64,000 nucleotides of DNA, from contig CAYXFD010000004.1 of NCBI GenBank assembly GCA_964464175.1, positions 73,892-137,891 of the forward strand, read 5' to 3'. Below are positions 1 to 9,634 of the stretch, one piece after another. The translations under genes were made by a program, and so were the position numbers. Each line of letters starts with the position of its first letter. Within the stretch, counting starts at the first letter, position 1. This stretch comes from an uncultured Candidatus Cloacimonadota bacterium (GTDB lineage: Bacteria; Cloacimonadota; Cloacimonadia; Cloacimonadales; JAJBBL01). Below the pieces are notes generated by a model. It saw only the letters and a program-made list of their open reading frames with translations, did no database searches and was not told the DNA's origin.

Positions 1-1929
1 GGTTCGGAACAGGCAGAAGTTATTGACACTCCGATCAAATCAAACTTTAAAGAGGGACTTACGGTTTTGGAGTACTTCATTTCAACCCACGGGGCGAGGA
101 AAGGACTTGCTGATACTGCCCTGAAAACTGCTGATGCCGGATACTTGACCAGAAGACTTGTTGATGTTGCCCAGAATGCTATTATTTTAACCGAAGACTG
201 TGGCACAATCGAAGGCTTAGAGGTATCAGCGATTAAAGAAGGGTTAGAAGTAGTTGTTTCCCTCGCTGAAAGAATCCAGGGAAGGACAGCCTTAGATGAT
301 ATTACTGATCAGGTTACGGGTAAAGTTCTCGTTAATGCCGGAGAAGAGATTACGAATGAAGCCGCCAAAACGATTCAAAAACATGGAATCGTTTCAGTAA
401 AAATAAGATCAGTTGTGACCTGTGAAGCAAAAAGGGGTATCTGTGCTAAATGCTACGGAAGAAACCTTGCTACTCAAAAACCGGTGAGCATTGGCGAGCC
501 GGTAGGAGTCATTGCTGCCCAGAGTATTGGGGAGCCGGGTACTCAGCTTACGTTGAGAACATTCCATATTGGTGGTGCTGCGAGTACTGATATCGAATCA
601 GCAGAAGTTACAGCTTCAGTTGACGGAATTGTCAAATTCAAGAGAATGAACACTGTGACAACTAAATCGGGTGAATTGATCTCGATCAGTAAGCTTGGCC
701 GAATTCAATTACTTTCCGAAGAGGATAAGAAGACAGTCCTCGACGAATATAAGGTAGAATATGCTGCCACAATCTCTGTCAGAGACGGAGAGAGTGTAGT
801 AAAAGACTTCAAACTATTTTCCTGGGATCCATATAACAATCCATTAGTTGCTACCGCCGAAGGGTACATACATTTTGAGAATCTGATAAAGGATGTAACC
901 TATAGAGAAGAGTTCAATGAGCAAATCGGAAAAAGAGAGACAACGATCATTGAATCCAAAGACCGCAAGGTACAACCTCAGTTCAAACTTATCAAACCGA
1001 ACGGTTCGGAGGAGATCATTCCCTTGCAAACCGGTTTAAGTATCGAAGTTGAAGACGGAGTCTATGTCTATCCGGGTGATGTTCTGGGTAAGATCTCCCG
1101 TATAACAACCAAGATGAGAGATATTACCGGTGGACTTCCCAGAGTGGGAGACCTGTTCGAAGCCAGAGTTCCTAAAGATAAAGCAATTATTAGTGAGATT
1201 ACAGGAAAGGTTAGAATAGGTGATCTGACCAAATTGGGACGAACGATATTTGTCACAGCTGAAACGGGTGAAGAGAGAAAGTATGTAATACCGCCCGGTA
1301 AAAGATTGATCGTTCACCAAGGGGACTTCATTGAAAATGGTGATCCCTTATCTGACGGTCCTCTTGACCCGCATGATATTCTTGCGGCAAAAGGTATCAA
1401 AGCTGCTCAGATGCTGATACTAAATGAGATTCAGGAAATATACCGAAAACAAGGTGTAAAGATCGATGATAAGCATTTAGGTGTCATAATCAGGCAAATG
1501 TTCAAGAAAGTCAAGATTGTCAGCCCAGGTCATACTTATTTCCTTGAAGGTGATTTAGTAGATAAGAATGAAGTCTTAACCGAGAATATGAAGATTGAAG
1601 AGGAAGGAGGAACCGGGGCGACTTACGATCAGATACTACTGGGAATAACGAAAGCATCCCTGAATACAGACAGCTGGTTATCCGCTGCTTCCTTCCAGGA
1701 AACAACAAAAGTATTGACTCAGGCAGCAATCGAAGGTAAAATTGATTTTCTTGAAGGGTTAAAAGAGAGTATTATTCTGGGTCATCGTGTCCCGGTTGGT
1801 ACCGGAGCCAAACATCACAACAATATTGTCAATAAAGCTGTTGAGGAAGGGAAAACTATTGCTGAGATAGTAAAGGAAATTGCTCATCAGGAAGAAAAGA
1901 AAGAAGTTGAAGATATCTTGAACTTCTGA
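1..1929 (+). CDS. rpoC: DNA-directed RNA polymerase subunit beta' (C-terminal part; 5' end is off the left edge)
   Basis: Frame 1 is open from nt 1 ([56 protein letters not shown]). Trigger-loop motifs [16 protein letters not shown] and [16 protein letters not shown] are separated by a ~190-aa insertion. rpsL-rpsG-fusA follow. Confidence 0.97.
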   Translation, partial: GSEQAEVIDTPIKSNFKEGLTVLEYFISTHGARKGLADTALKTADAGYLTRRLVDVAQNAIILTEDCGTIEGLEVSAIKEGLEVVVSLAERIQGRTALDDITDQVTGKVLVNAGEEITNEAAKTIQKHGIVSVKIRSVVTCEAKRGICAKCYGRNLATQKPVSIGEPVGVIAAQSIGEPGTQLTLRTFHIGGAASTDIESAEVTASVDGIVKFKRMNTVTTKSGELISISKLGRIQLLSEEDKKTVLDEYKVEYAATISVRDGESVVKDFKLFSWDPYNNPLVATAEGYIHFENLIKDVTYREEFNEQIGKRETTIIESKDRKVQPQFKLIKPNGSEEIIPLQTGLSIEVEDGVYVYPGDVLGKISRITTKMRDITGGLPRVGDLFEARVPKDKAIISEITGKVRIGDLTKLGRTIFVTAETGEERKYVIPPGKRLIVHQGDFIENGDPLSDGPLDPHDILAAKGIKAAQMLILNEIQEIYRKQGVKIDDKHLGVIIRQMFKKVKIVSPGHTYFLEGDLVDKNEVLTENMKIEEEGGTGATYDQILLGITKASLNTDSWLSAASFQETTKVLTQAAIEGKIDFLEGLKESIILGHRVPVGTGAKHHNNIVNKAVEEGKTIAEIVKEIAHQEEKKEVEDILNF

Positions 1930-1978
1930 CGGTTATCATAAACCATAGTTAGTCTTATAAAATAATGGAGGAATAATA

Positions 1979-2353
1979 GTGCCAACAATTAATCAGTTAG
2001 TCCGCAAAGGAAGAAAAAAGATTGCTAAAAAGAACAAAAATCGAGCACTGGAAGCATGTCCACAAAGACGGGGAGTATGCACAAGGGTCTATACGACTAC
2101 TCCCAAGAAACCGAATTCTGCCTTGAGAAAAGTTGCCAGAGTAAGGTTAACCAATGGCTTTGAAGTCACAGCCTATATACCAGGTGAAGGGCATAATTTG
2201 CAGGAACACTCGATTGTCTTGATTAGAGGGGGAAGGATCAAAGACCTTCCAGGCGTAAGATTTCACATTGTGCGTGGAGCGCTTGATGCCAGTGGAGTTG
2301 AAAAGAGGATTAATTCCCGTTCAAAATATGGGACAAAGAGGCCGAAGAAATAA
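1979..2353 (+). CDS. rpsL: 30S ribosomal protein S12
   Basis: GTG start with a GGAGG Shine-Dalgarno (SD) site 7 nt upstream. [11 protein letters not shown] and [36 protein letters not shown] are the canonical S12 sequence. Confidence 0.97.
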   Translation: MPTINQLVRKGRKKIAKKNKNRALEACPQRRGVCTRVYTTTPKKPNSALRKVARVRLTNGFEVTAYIPGEGHNLQEHSIVLIRGGRIKDLPGVRFHIVRGALDASGVEKRINSRSKYGTKRPKK

Positions 2354-2480
2354 TAACGGTTAAGAAAGAGATGTCTTTGTCATTCAGGGACTGAATGATA
2401 ACGAGAAAAGAGACAGATTCTTAAGACGTGAAATAAATAGCGAAAACCTATAACAAATACTTAATTAAGAGGAATGATAA

Positions 2481-2951
2481 ATGGCAAGGAAAAAGAGATC
2501 AATTAAGAGGGAGATACTACCTGATCCGAAATATCATAATGTAAAAGTCACCAAGTTTATCAACAGTGTCATGAGAAAAGGAAAGAAGAGCATTGCAGAG
2601 AACATCGTATATGGTGCTTTCGATATTGTTGCCGAGAAAACAAAGAAAGATCCTTTAGAGGTTTTTCTGCAGGCGATCGATAATGTCAGACCTCTTGTGA
2701 AGGTGCTTTCCAAAAGAGTTGGTGGACAGAACTATCAGATACCTCTGGAGGTTTCGGAGAAAAACGGACAGGCAATTGCTTTTCGCTGGGTAATCGGATT
2801 TGCTAAAAAGCGTTCCGAAAAAACCATGAATCAGAGGTTAGCTGCTGAATTTATAGCTGCTTACAACAGAGAAGGAGCCAGTATCAAGAAGAGGGAAGAT
2901 ACCCATAAAATGGCTGAAGCGAACAAGGCTTTCGCTCATTTACGCTGGTAG
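2481..2951 (+). CDS. rpsG: 30S ribosomal protein S7
   Basis: 156 aa. ARKKRSIKREILPDPKY at the N-terminus and AFAHLRW at the C-terminus; positioned between rpsL and fusA. Confidence 0.96.
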   Translation: MARKKRSIKREILPDPKYHNVKVTKFINSVMRKGKKSIAENIVYGAFDIVAEKTKKDPLEVFLQAIDNVRPLVKVLSKRVGGQNYQIPLEVSEKNGQAIAFRWVIGFAKKRSEKTMNQRLAAEFIAAYNREGASIKKREDTHKMAEANKAFAHLRW

Positions 2952-2997
2952 AGTTCTTTAAAGCAGGACAGCTTAAGTTTTTTAGTTTTTGATTCTT

Positions 2998-5094
2998 ATG
3001 GCGAAAATATTCAGTCTTCCGGCAATTAGAAATATAGGGATTATTGCCCATATTGATGCCGGTAAGACAACTGTTACCGAAAGGATTCTTTATTATACAG
3101 GATATCTGCACAGAATGGGCGAGGTTCATGACGGTACGGCCTTTATGGACTGGATGGAGCAGGAAAAAGATCGCGGTATCACTATAACCTCAGCGGTTAC
3201 TTCCTGTTACTGGAAAGAAAAGCAGATTAATATTATTGATACCCCCGGTCATGTCGATTTTACGGCTGAAGTCGAAAGATCCTTACGTGTTCTTGACGGT
3301 GCTATAGGAGTTTTTTGTGCAGTAGCCGGAGTAGAACCTCAATCCGAAACGGTATGGCATCAAGCAGATCATTATAAAGTACCCCGTCTGGTTTTTATCA
3401 ACAAGATGGACAGGGTAGGCGCAGATTTTGATCACGTCATTGAGATGATCAATGAGAGACTGACTCCTGATGCTTTTGCGATACAAATACCTCTTGGAAA
3501 AGAGGATAACTTCAAAGGTATTATCAATCTTCTGGAAATGAAGGCCTATCTCTTTGACGAAACAACTTTAGGGCTGAATTTCGAAGTGATCGAAATACCG
3601 GATAAGTATCTTGGAGAGGCAGAGCAAAAACGGGAAAAGATGCTTGAGATTTTATCCGAATTCAGTGAAGGGATAATGGACAAGTACATTCACGGTGAAG
3701 AAGTATCAACGGAGTTATTGAAAAAGACAATCAGAGAGCTGACGGTAAAGAATGAAGTGGTACCGATCCTATGTGGTTCTGCTCTAAAAAATACCGGTAT
3801 TCAACTCCTCCTTGATGCTATTAATGATTATCTCCCTTCTCCCCTGGATGTTCCCCCAATGGTAGGAAAAAACAGAAAGACCGGTGATGATGTCCTGCTT
3901 TATCCTTCTTATGAGGAAAAATTTGCCTCTCTTGTCTTCAAGGTCCAGATGGATAAATATGTCGGAAAACTTCTCTATGTCCGGGTTTATTCTGGCAGTG
4001 TAAAAAAAGGTGAAATTCTCGTGAACCAGACTAACAACCGGAAAGAGAGAATTGCCCGGATTCTGCAGATGCATTCCAATAAGAAGACGGATGTCGATGT
4101 AATGAGAGCAGGGGATATCGGTGCAATTGTAGGAACAAAAGCTACAATTACAGGAGACACCCTGACTAAAGAAGAAAATGATCTTCTTCTGGAGCAGATC
4201 ACTTTCCCCGATTCTGTCATCTCGATAGCGATAGAGCCCAAAACTAAGGCTGATCAAGATAATCTATCTGACTCTCTCAATCGTATGCAGGAAGAGGATC
4301 CGACCTTTCATGTTCATCAGGATAAAGATTCAGGTCAGATACTGATCTCAGGAATGGGAGAACTGCATCTGGAGATTATTGTCGACAGGTTAAGAAAAGA
4401 GTATAATGTAAATATCAATACTGGTAATCCTCAGGTTTCTTACAAAGAGACGATAACTAAGACGGTCGAGGTTAGCGGTGAGTTCATCAGAGATGTAGAA
4501 GGCAAAGGACATTTTGCTATCGTTAAACTCCGTCTCTCTCCCCTGGCAGATAATCAGACTACTGAACACAAAAAGAACCGGTTTGTGAACCGAATTTCTG
4601 AAGAGATTATTCCTCGGCAGTTTTGGCAGGCTGTAGAAGAGGGTTCTGTCAGTGCCCTGATCGATGGACCTTTAACAGGAAACCCTGTCGAAAAGGTAAA
4701 TATCGAGTTAGTTGGGGGAGAGTATAATGAGTTGGTATCAAAAGATGTTGATTTTCTGATAGCCTCTTCCATTGCTGTGAACAATGGTTTGTCAAAAGCA
4801 TCACCGGTTGTAATGGAACCGATTATGCTGGTTAATGTTCTGACTCCCGAAGATTTTGTCGGTGATATCATTGGTGACATCAATGCTAAGAGGGGTAAGA
4901 TCATTGTGATCCGTTCCAATCAGAACAAACAAAATATTGTAGCAGAAGTTCCAATGAGTGAGTTATTCGGATACTCTACCCGGATCCGTTCATTATCTCA
5001 GGGGAGAGCGATTTATACGATGGAGTTTATGAAATACGAAAAGACTTCAGCTGTGATTCAAAAGGGTATCATTAAAAACTATAGAGGATATTAA
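2998..5094 (+). CDS. fusA: Elongation factor G
   Basis: GTPase motifs AHIDAGKTT, DTPGHVDF and NKMD; ~700 aa; str-operon position. The start is uncertain (ATG 2998 vs TTG 2989) because neither has an obvious SD. Confidence 0.93.
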   Translation: MAKIFSLPAIRNIGIIAHIDAGKTTVTERILYYTGYLHRMGEVHDGTAFMDWMEQEKDRGITITSAVTSCYWKEKQINIIDTPGHVDFTAEVERSLRVLDGAIGVFCAVAGVEPQSETVWHQADHYKVPRLVFINKMDRVGADFDHVIEMINERLTPDAFAIQIPLGKEDNFKGIINLLEMKAYLFDETTLGLNFEVIEIPDKYLGEAEQKREKMLEILSEFSEGIMDKYIHGEEVSTELLKKTIRELTVKNEVVPILCGSALKNTGIQLLLDAINDYLPSPLDVPPMVGKNRKTGDDVLLYPSYEEKFASLVFKVQMDKYVGKLLYVRVYSGSVKKGEILVNQTNNRKERIARILQMHSNKKTDVDVMRAGDIGAIVGTKATITGDTLTKEENDLLLEQITFPDSVISIAIEPKTKADQDNLSDSLNRMQEEDPTFHVHQDKDSGQILISGMGELHLEIIVDRLRKEYNVNINTGNPQVSYKETITKTVEVSGEFIRDVEGKGHFAIVKLRLSPLADNQTTEHKKNRFVNRISEEIIPRQFWQAVEEGSVSALIDGPLTGNPVEKVNIELVGGEYNELVSKDVDFLIASSIAVNNGLSKASPVVMEPIMLVNVLTPEDFVGDIIGDINAKRGKIIVIRSNQNKQNIVAEVPMSELFGYSTRIRSLSQGRAIYTMEFMKYEKTSAVIQKGIIKNYRGY

Positions 5095-5131
5095 GAAAAT
5101 GAGAATAGTGGTTTTACCAAGGGGGTGATGT

Positions 5132-5437
5132 ATGGAGCTTACACTAAATTTCACTGATAACAAAGCAATGATGAAGATCGACGGTGCGATATCAAGTGAG
5201 AACGTTTTTTTGTTACAAGACAAATTGAAAGAAGTTTTAGAATCCGATGTTAAGCTATTGGAGATGGATTTAAGCGCCAGCAGAAGTATGTGCAGCTCGG
5301 CAATAGGTAAAATTCTGTACTTCTATAAAGATTTTCAGGAACGGGACGGAGTTCTGGAAATAGTTAAATGCTCACCAAGTATATACGAGCTTTTTACCAC
5401 GATTAAGCTGAATCAATTATTTACGGTAAATTTATAA
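5132..5437 (+). CDS. STAS-domain protein (anti-sigma-factor antagonist, SpoIIAA/RsbV-like)
   Basis: 101 aa with a typical STAS layout (MKIDGAISSENVFLLQDKLKE...LEMDLSASRSMCSSAIGKIL). A Ser sits at the position of the phosphorylatable Ser in the DLS..x..SS.G motif. Lies only 37 nt after the fusA stop, with no hairpin between. Confidence 0.75.
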   Translation: MELTLNFTDNKAMMKIDGAISSENVFLLQDKLKEVLESDVKLLEMDLSASRSMCSSAIGKILYFYKDFQERDGVLEIVKCSPSIYELFTTIKLNQLFTVNL

Positions 5438-5614
5438 AGCAAAGTTTTTTTATCGCTCCCTCAGTGAACAGATTTTTTGGTAAGGATAGAATAGCTTAAG
5501 CAACTCAGAAAAAATGAACTTAACTCACATATTTCATCTAATCTTCGGAACTTCTGACCATTGTTATTGTTCTGAAATTTTGCCTGAAAAAAATAAGAAA
5601 GAGCCAATAAGAAC

Positions 5615-6520
5615 ATGAAAGAAAAGATACTGGTAATTGATACTAACCTCGACTTACTGCAATCGATCAAGAATCTACTGGAACTCTATCAATTTGAAGT
5701 AGATTTGGCGGTTTGTGGCAAAGAAGCATTAGACAGGATTACTTCCAATAATTATGATCTTATTCTTGCCGACATTCATCTGCCTGACATCAATGGTTTG
5801 GAGTTGCTGGAAAGAGTAAAGCTTACTATCAATTCAGAAATACCAGTTGTGATGATGACAGGATTGATCACAGTCGATGTCGTGATAAAATCAATAAATC
5901 TCGGAGCATCAGATTTCATCAAGAAGCCTTTTAATGACTATCAGATACACAAAGCAATAACGCGACAGATTAATAAAAGAAAGAAGGACTTCTATTTTAA
6001 TAACTATAACCGCTATTTGATGGGGACGCACTACAGTTTTGAGTTCTCTGCAAGCGATTATCTGGATTTCAATATTACCGATTTTTTGGTTAGTCACCTT
6101 GTCAGATTAAAAGAATTAACCCCTGCAGTTTGTAACGAACTTTCCTTATGTATTGAAGAGATGCTCAGTAATGCTTTTATTCACGGGACTTTTGAGATTG
6201 GCTCTTCCTATAAGACAATGAGTCACAGTGAATATAGTCAGAAGATCAAAGAGTTGTTACTTGATCCTCAAATAAATAAGAGAATTGTTTCGATTGATAT
6301 TCGTTTTAGGAAAAAGGCTAAAGTTGTCTCGATAGCCGTAACTGATCAAGGGAAAGGGTATGATAATAATCACTTTAGGGATGACGATAAGGATAATATC
6401 TTTCGTGGTCTGAGTCTGATAAAGATACTTGCAGATAAGGTCGAAATCCTTGATCAGGGAAGAACGATAAAAGTCGAAAAAACTATTGATAGAAAGGCTC
6501 TTAAAAAGACTCAACAATAG
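5615..6520 (+). CDS. Response-regulator receiver domain fused to a SpoIIAB/RsbW-like serine kinase (HATPase_c_2-like) domain
   Basis: N-terminal REC: ILVIDTN, LILADIHLPDINGLE (phospho-acceptor Asp), VVMMTG, KKPF. C-terminal kinase: N-box EEMLSNAFIHG, G-box VTDQGKGYD, RGLSLIKILADKVEI. Confidence 0.75.
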   Translation: MKEKILVIDTNLDLLQSIKNLLELYQFEVDLAVCGKEALDRITSNNYDLILADIHLPDINGLELLERVKLTINSEIPVVMMTGLITVDVVIKSINLGASDFIKKPFNDYQIHKAITRQINKRKKDFYFNNYNRYLMGTHYSFEFSASDYLDFNITDFLVSHLVRLKELTPAVCNELSLCIEEMLSNAFIHGTFEIGSSYKTMSHSEYSQKIKELLLDPQINKRIVSIDIRFRKKAKVVSIAVTDQGKGYDNNHFRDDDKDNIFRGLSLIKILADKVEILDQGRTIKVEKTIDRKALKKTQQ

Positions 6521-6698
6521 AGATGAATTGATTTGACTGCCTAAGGAAAATCTCTGATATCATCAACACTTCGATAAAGCCGCCAGCTATTTTATTTCGG
6601 GTAACTAATGGAATTGAACCGCCTTACCGGTAATTTATGATATCGGCTGATTCCCATCTTTTTATTTAAAAAATAATAGATAACAGGTTCCCAAGGAT

Positions 6699-7598
6699 AT
6701 GAAAGTCCTCGAAGCAATAAAATTCCTTAAGGAGAGCTTTTTAAGAAGTGGGATAAAAGACCCTCTTTATGATGCTCAGAAGATAATCGCCTTCTATCTG
6801 GAGATACCTTTCTTAGAACTTAACCTTCATGCCGATCGCTTGTTGACTGACAAAGAATACGCACTTATGGTCAAGGCGGGTAAGAGAAGAGCTGAGCATG
6901 AACCGTTACAGTATATTTTTGGCAAAGCTTATTTCATGGATTTAGATCTTTTTGTGGGCAAGGGTGTTCTTATTCCGCGAAAAGAGACGGAATTACTGGT
7001 TGAAAAAGTACTGGCAGATTTTCCTCAGTTCTCTACTAATCATGACGCAGAGACCATATCTATGCTCGATATCGGCACAGGCAGTGGAAACATAGCGATA
7101 TCAATAGCAAAACACCGTCCTGACTGGCATATCCAAGCAGTTGATATTTCCCCGCAAGCTCTCAAGATAGGCCGGGAAAATGCCCGCAGACATAATGTTA
7201 AGGTCTCCTTCCGGAAGTCAGATCTTTTTAAAGGTATCGTTGGTCTTTACGATGTTATCATAGCCAATCCCCCCTATATATCTGAGGATGATTATGGGTC
7301 TCTCGACCAAGAGATCATTGCCTATGAACCGGAATCAGCTCTCGTAGCCCGGGAAAATGGCTTGTATTATTATCGCCGGATACTCAGAGAGGCAAAAAAG
7401 TATCTCAGAACCGCTGGGGTTATCTATTTTGAGATAGGTTTTGATCAGGGCGATAGATTAAGAAAGCTTGCCAGTGAATATGGCTACAGAATCATTGACA
7501 TGATAAAGGATTATCAACATTTTGACCGGGTAGTTAAATTAGCGAGAGTTAGAAATTCAGATTATACAGAAGCAAAAGAGGTATTATGGAAAAACTGA
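6699..7598 (+). CDS. prmC: Peptide chain release factor N5-glutamine methyltransferase
   Basis: EPLQYIFG, SAM motif LDIGTGSGNIAI, catalytic IIANPPYI. Overlaps murA by 13 nt. Confidence 0.9.
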   Translation: MKVLEAIKFLKESFLRSGIKDPLYDAQKIIAFYLEIPFLELNLHADRLLTDKEYALMVKAGKRRAEHEPLQYIFGKAYFMDLDLFVGKGVLIPRKETELLVEKVLADFPQFSTNHDAETISMLDIGTGSGNIAISIAKHRPDWHIQAVDISPQALKIGRENARRHNVKVSFRKSDLFKGIVGLYDVIIANPPYISEDDYGSLDQEIIAYEPESALVARENGLYYYRRILREAKKYLRTAGVIYFEIGFDQGDRLRKLASEYGYRIIDMIKDYQHFDRVVKLARVRNSDYTEAKEVLWKN

Positions 7599-8887
7599 TA
7601 ATTGATGGTGGAAAGAGATTATGCGGTGAAATAGCAGTGAGAGGAGCCAAAAATGCTGTTCTTCCTCTAATGGCTGCATCACTTTTATCTGATGGCGTCT
7701 GTAAGATAACCAATGTACCAGCTCTTAACGACATAAAGATGATGGCTCACCTAATGAGGATCATTGGTTCCCGGATAGATTTCGAAAACTCTACCCTGAC
7801 TATTGATAATCGTTATTGCAGTTTTTTTGAAGCTCCTTATGAACTGGTCAGTAAAATGAGAGCATCCATCTATGTGCTTAGTCCTCTATTAGCCCGGTTC
7901 GGTAAAGCCCGTGTCTCTTTACCCGGAGGGTGTGCTATTGGTGCTCGTCCCATTGATCTGCATTTGAAGGCTTTAGAAAAAATGGGAGCTGTTTTGAATA
8001 TTGAGCATGGTTATATCAATGCCCGTTTAAAGAAAAATCAAACATCACGGATAAAAGATAAGGAGAGAAGAAATACCGCCAGATTCCAAGGTGCTGATAT
8101 CTTTTTTGATAAAGCAAGTGTTGGCGCAACTGTAACAGTTCTTCTGGCAGCAGTGACAGCCGAGGGAGAAACCAGAATTATTAATGCCGCCTTAGAACCG
8201 GAGATCGGTGCAGTAGTGGAGTTTTTACAAAAAATGGGAGCGAAGATCTCAGGCAGTGGGACATCGGAATTAGTTGTACAAGGTGTAGAAAAGCTATCTC
8301 CGGTTGCTGAAGCAGTAATTCCAGACAGGATCGAAGCAGGGACTTTCTTGATTGCTGCTGCTCTGACCAGGGGTGATGTTAAATTAACCAATGTTATTCC
8401 TGAACACTTAGCAGCTTTAATAGAAAAACTGGAAGAAGCCGGTTGTTTTATAGAAAAAGGAAAAGACTGGCTAAGACTGACGATTGATAAAAAACCTCAG
8501 GCAGTGAGCATAACAACGAAGCCATATCCCGGTTTTCCTACCGATCTGCAGGCGCAATTCACTTCTTTGATGGCTCTCTCTGAAGGAATTAGTATTGTTG
8601 AAGAGACTATCTTTTCCGAAAGATTTCATCACATCCCGGAATTGAACAGATTGGATGCAGATATTGTCCTGGAAGGGGATAAAGCAATAATAAAAGGGGT
8701 AAAGCAGTTAAGTGGGGCAGAGGTGATGGCAACTGATCTAAGAGCCAGTGCAGCTCTGGTATTGGCCGGATTAGCAGCTCAAGGGGTAACGACCATATCA
8801 CGTATTTACCATCTCGACAGGGGATATGAAAAGATGGAGAAAAAGCTCAATAAACTTGGTGCTTCCATCAAAAGAATTAATGTGTGA
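7586..8887 (+). CDS. murA: UDP-N-acetylglucosamine 1-carboxyvinyltransferase
   Basis: GAKNAVLPLMAA, active-site loop LPGGCAIGARPIDLH, FPTDLQAQF, MATDLRASAALVLAG, RIYHLDRGYE. Carries a ~15-aa basic insertion relative to enterobacterial MurA as I recall it. Confidence 0.95.
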   Translation: MEKLIIDGGKRLCGEIAVRGAKNAVLPLMAASLLSDGVCKITNVPALNDIKMMAHLMRIIGSRIDFENSTLTIDNRYCSFFEAPYELVSKMRASIYVLSPLLARFGKARVSLPGGCAIGARPIDLHLKALEKMGAVLNIEHGYINARLKKNQTSRIKDKERRNTARFQGADIFFDKASVGATVTVLLAAVTAEGETRIINAALEPEIGAVVEFLQKMGAKISGSGTSELVVQGVEKLSPVAEAVIPDRIEAGTFLIAAALTRGDVKLTNVIPEHLAALIEKLEEAGCFIEKGKDWLRLTIDKKPQAVSITTKPYPGFPTDLQAQFTSLMALSEGISIVEETIFSERFHHIPELNRLDADIVLEGDKAIIKGVKQLSGAEVMATDLRASAALVLAGLAAQGVTTISRIYHLDRGYEKMEKKLNKLGASIKRINV

Positions 8888-9102
8888 TATCACACGCTCA
8901 TTCAACTCTCACTATTAGGAGATTTACTTTTTCCGACAATAGAGCACTGATACTATCAGCTCTTAATCGTAGTCGTTCTTCTATTGTATATTTGACCCGG
9001 AACAGAATCAAACATATCACCCCTTTTCTCCTGTTGATAGCAATACTGCTCGTAATTCAAGTGTAACTGTTGTGATTAAGGAGAATAAGTGAGGACAAGA
9101 AT

Positions 9103-9131
9103 AAAAAAAAGCTCCTATTACAAGGAGCTTT
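9103..9131 (-). terminator. Rho-independent terminator of groES
   Basis: On the minus strand: CAAAGCTCCT-TGTAAT-AGGAGCTTTTTTTTT (9-bp stem followed by a T8 run), 30 nt after the groES stop. Confidence 0.8.
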
Positions 9132-9160
9132 GAATAATTATAAGGAACCTGAAGTAATAA

Positions 9161-9433
9161 TTAGTCTTCTATTTTAGCCAATACGTCGGTACGGGATAAG
9201 ATTATATACTTCTTATTCTCTACATCAATCTCAGTTCCGCTGTATTTGCCGTAAAGTACTTTATCGCCTGCTTTCAGAACTTTTTGTAAGTCCTCGTCCG
9301 TTCCAACTGCAATAACCTCTCCCATCTGGGGTTTCTCTTTTGCAGTATCTGGAATAATGATACCACCCACATTTTTCTCCATTAGTTCCTTTACTTCTAC
9401 TACTACTCGATCATCAATAGGTTGCAATTTCAT
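9161..9433 (-). CDS. groES: Co-chaperonin GroES (10 kDa)
   Basis: MKLQPIDDRVVVEV...GGIIIPDTAKEKPQMGEVIAVG...YGKYSGTEI. ATG at 9433 chosen because of AAGGAGG 6 nt upstream; the longer track ORF from 9484 is an upstream extension. No groEL follows. Confidence 0.93.
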   Translation of the reverse strand: MKLQPIDDRVVVEVKELMEKNVGGIIIPDTAKEKPQMGEVIAVGTDEDLQKVLKAGDKVLYGKYSGTEIDVENKKYIILSRTDVLAKIED

Positions 9434-9484
9434 AACAATCCTCCTTAGTATTCTTTTTTTATCAATATAACTCTTTCTGGGCAA

Positions 9485-9511
9485 TTAGCAAACACTTATT
9501 GCGAGTGCCAG
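9485..9511 (-). promoter_or_regulatory. CIRCE-like inverted repeat (putative HrcA operator) upstream of groES
   Basis: TTAGCAaaC-N9-GAGTGCcAg compared with the consensus TTAGCACTC-N9-GAGTGCTAA (14/18 matches, exact 9-nt spacer). Lies ~50 nt upstream of the groES start. Confidence 0.5.
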
Positions 9512-9634
9512 TTTCAGATATCCCCTCTCTTTGTCAAATGAAAAATTCCTTTTTCTTTTTATAGGTATGAGCTGCCGTTATTCTTATGGAATTCCTCTTC
9601 AGACTAAATGATCGATAAGCGGTTTTATCAAATC

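Noticed and set aside
1961-1977. Identical 17-mer AAATAATGGAGGAATAA upstream of both rpsL (1961-1977) and the PorV-like gene (61010-61026).
   Set aside because: It is just a strong SD (GGAGG) in an AT-rich context directly before the start codons. There is no extended similarity beyond it, so I do not treat it as a repeat element. It may indicate high translation of both genes.
2370-2400. Small hairpin (TCATTCAG-GGA-CTGAATGA) in the 127-nt rpsL-rpsG spacer.
   Set aside because: An 8-bp stem with no U-tract inside a conserved operon. It could be a minor processing or attenuation structure, but the evidence is insufficient.
8884-9066. 60-aa ORF after murA. Also the 24185-24379, 5461-5670, 42607-42843, 42971-43186, 43591-43782 and 43652-43939 ORFs.
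   Set aside because: They are short, lack an SD and show odd composition. They either overlap better-supported genes or lie in AT-rich intergenic DNA. No motif support.
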